Below, one piece after another: positions 62,985 through 64,000 of a stretch of 64,000 nt of DNA; positions within the stretch are counted from its first letter, which is position 1, and every line of letters begins with the position of its first letter. The notes under the pieces are model-generated. The model saw only the letters and a program-made list of their open reading frames with translations. It was not told the DNA's origin and searched no databases. The DNA comes from Lama glama (taxonomy: Eukaryota): NCBI GenBank assembly GCA_028534125.1, contig CM052817.1:47866001-47930000 (forward strand), in the 5' to 3' direction. The position numbers and the translations under genes are program-made.

Positions 62985-63190
62985 ATAACTAGCATTTTGA
63001 CAATTTGTGTTAGGTGATGCATTATCAAAATCCACCTTTATAACAACTCTATGATGTTGATACAATTCTGTTGTTATGCCCACTTCACAGATGAGGAAAC
63101 TGAGATTCATCAAGCAAAGTAATTTGTCTGAAGTTACACAGCCAGTCAGAGGCAGAAGTTTAATGGCATGTGCTCTAAATACTCTCCACA
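62985..63190 (-). mobile_element. MIR SINE
   Basis: TTATGCCCACTTCACAGATGAGGAAACTGAGATTCATCAAGCAAAGTAATTTGTCTGAAGTTACACAGC. Confidence 0.8.
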
Positions 63191-63214
63191 GAGGCAGGAA
63201 AGACATACCTGTCC

Positions 63215-63500
63215 TTGGCGAGTTGGGAAAGATTTCCCTTAAAAGTAACACTTAATCTGCATCTTAAAGAGTGAGTCAGAGGTTTCCAGATAGAAAAGGG
63301 GGTGAGGGCATGGTGGGAAGAAGAAAAAGCAGACATTAGTGAGTGAGAGGGCACAGCATGTTCTTTTGTAGGACAAAGAGTTCATAGGAGTTGAAGTGCT
63401 AAGTCACATGGTAGAAAGTCCTCTGAAAGGAGGCAAAATAAATAGGTTGGGAACAGACTGAGAAAGTCCTGTGGTATCTCTAATCTGATCACTGGAAAGC
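63215..63500 (-). mobile_element. L2 fragment
   Basis: GGGAAAGATTTCCCTTAAAAGTAACACTTAATCTGCATCTTAAAGAGTGAGT, antisense L2. Confidence 0.5.
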
Positions 63501-63599
63501 CAGTGGTAGTTTTGATCTAATAAAAATAAAAATATTCCAGGGAACTTCCTGTCTCTTAAAATGCTAGGTCCATCAATTCTATCACAGAAAAAGCAGAAG

Positions 63600-63655
63600 T
63601 TATTAAAACACATGGATAATAAAGCCAGACTTATTAAAACACATGGATAATAAAG
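63600..63655. repeat. Tandem duplication, 31-bp period with 25-bp perfect core
   Basis: TTATTAAAACACATGGATAATAAAG at 63600-63624 and 63631-63655. Confidence 0.95.
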
Positions 63656-63719
63656 GACAAAATATTAGAAATTACTAATTACTAATAAACCAACAGCTCT
63701 CTTCCTCTTCCCTTCACTT

Positions 63720-64000
63720 TCTTCCCTGGACGTGTCAGTCCCAGACAATCAGGTGCAGCCGAGCATGGTGGTGCCCTCCTTAGCATAGGAGAACCACAGG
63801 GACCCAGAGCAAGATTTTGGAGCAAGATCAGGATGACATGAGTCCACCCAGGCAGAATGAGGAGGGTGTGTTTGTGTGAAGGGTATGCCCGGTATGCAGA
63901 ATTGGAGCCCAAGTTGGGTGAGGAGGTCTGGGCATGGGGGTGACTCAGTGCAGGGTGTCAGAGCCCAAGTCGGGTGAGCAAGGTTTCTGGGTGGGAGAGT
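63720..64000 (+). mobile_element. Old L1 3' UTR GC-rich repeat region (L1MC3/L1MC4-like), runs off the window
   Basis: Repeated GAGCCCAAGT(T/C)GGGTGAG units (about 63906 and 63961), characteristic of L1MC 3' ends. Confidence 0.55.

Overview
Mammalian, non-coding, repeat-dense DNA, most likely from a camelid (alpaca/llama/camel). The taxon call rests on two tRNA-Ala-derived vic-1-type SINEs and artiodactyl-type L1 3' ends. I found no protein-coding exon, RNA gene, CRISPR array or other prokaryotic system. The ORF track is chance ORFs plus decayed transposon ORFs (L1 ORF2 C-termini, a Tigger transposase N-terminus). The window records layered insertions: ancient L2/MIR, hAT and Tigger DNA transposons, MaLR/ERVL LTRs, a 5' half ERVL provirus, a cluster of ERV1 (MER41-like) solo LTRs at 52.9-61.8 kb, and several generations of L1 with target-site duplications (TSDs). 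One young, probably near full-length L1 has its interior hidden in a 500-N gap. The most unusual observations are a candidate very ancient retroviral RT-tether-RNase H relic (51.2-52.4 kb, minus strand), a Tigger13-like element that keeps transposase coding sequence, a 32-bp templated insertion copied from about 940 bp upstream, a hairpin array in an ERV1 leader, and two copies of the CpG-rich palindrome TGACGCGTCA. I do not see convincing evidence of a novel biological system. Repeat family names come from memory of consensus sequences and need RepeatMasker/Dfam confirmation; boundaries of old repeats are approximate.
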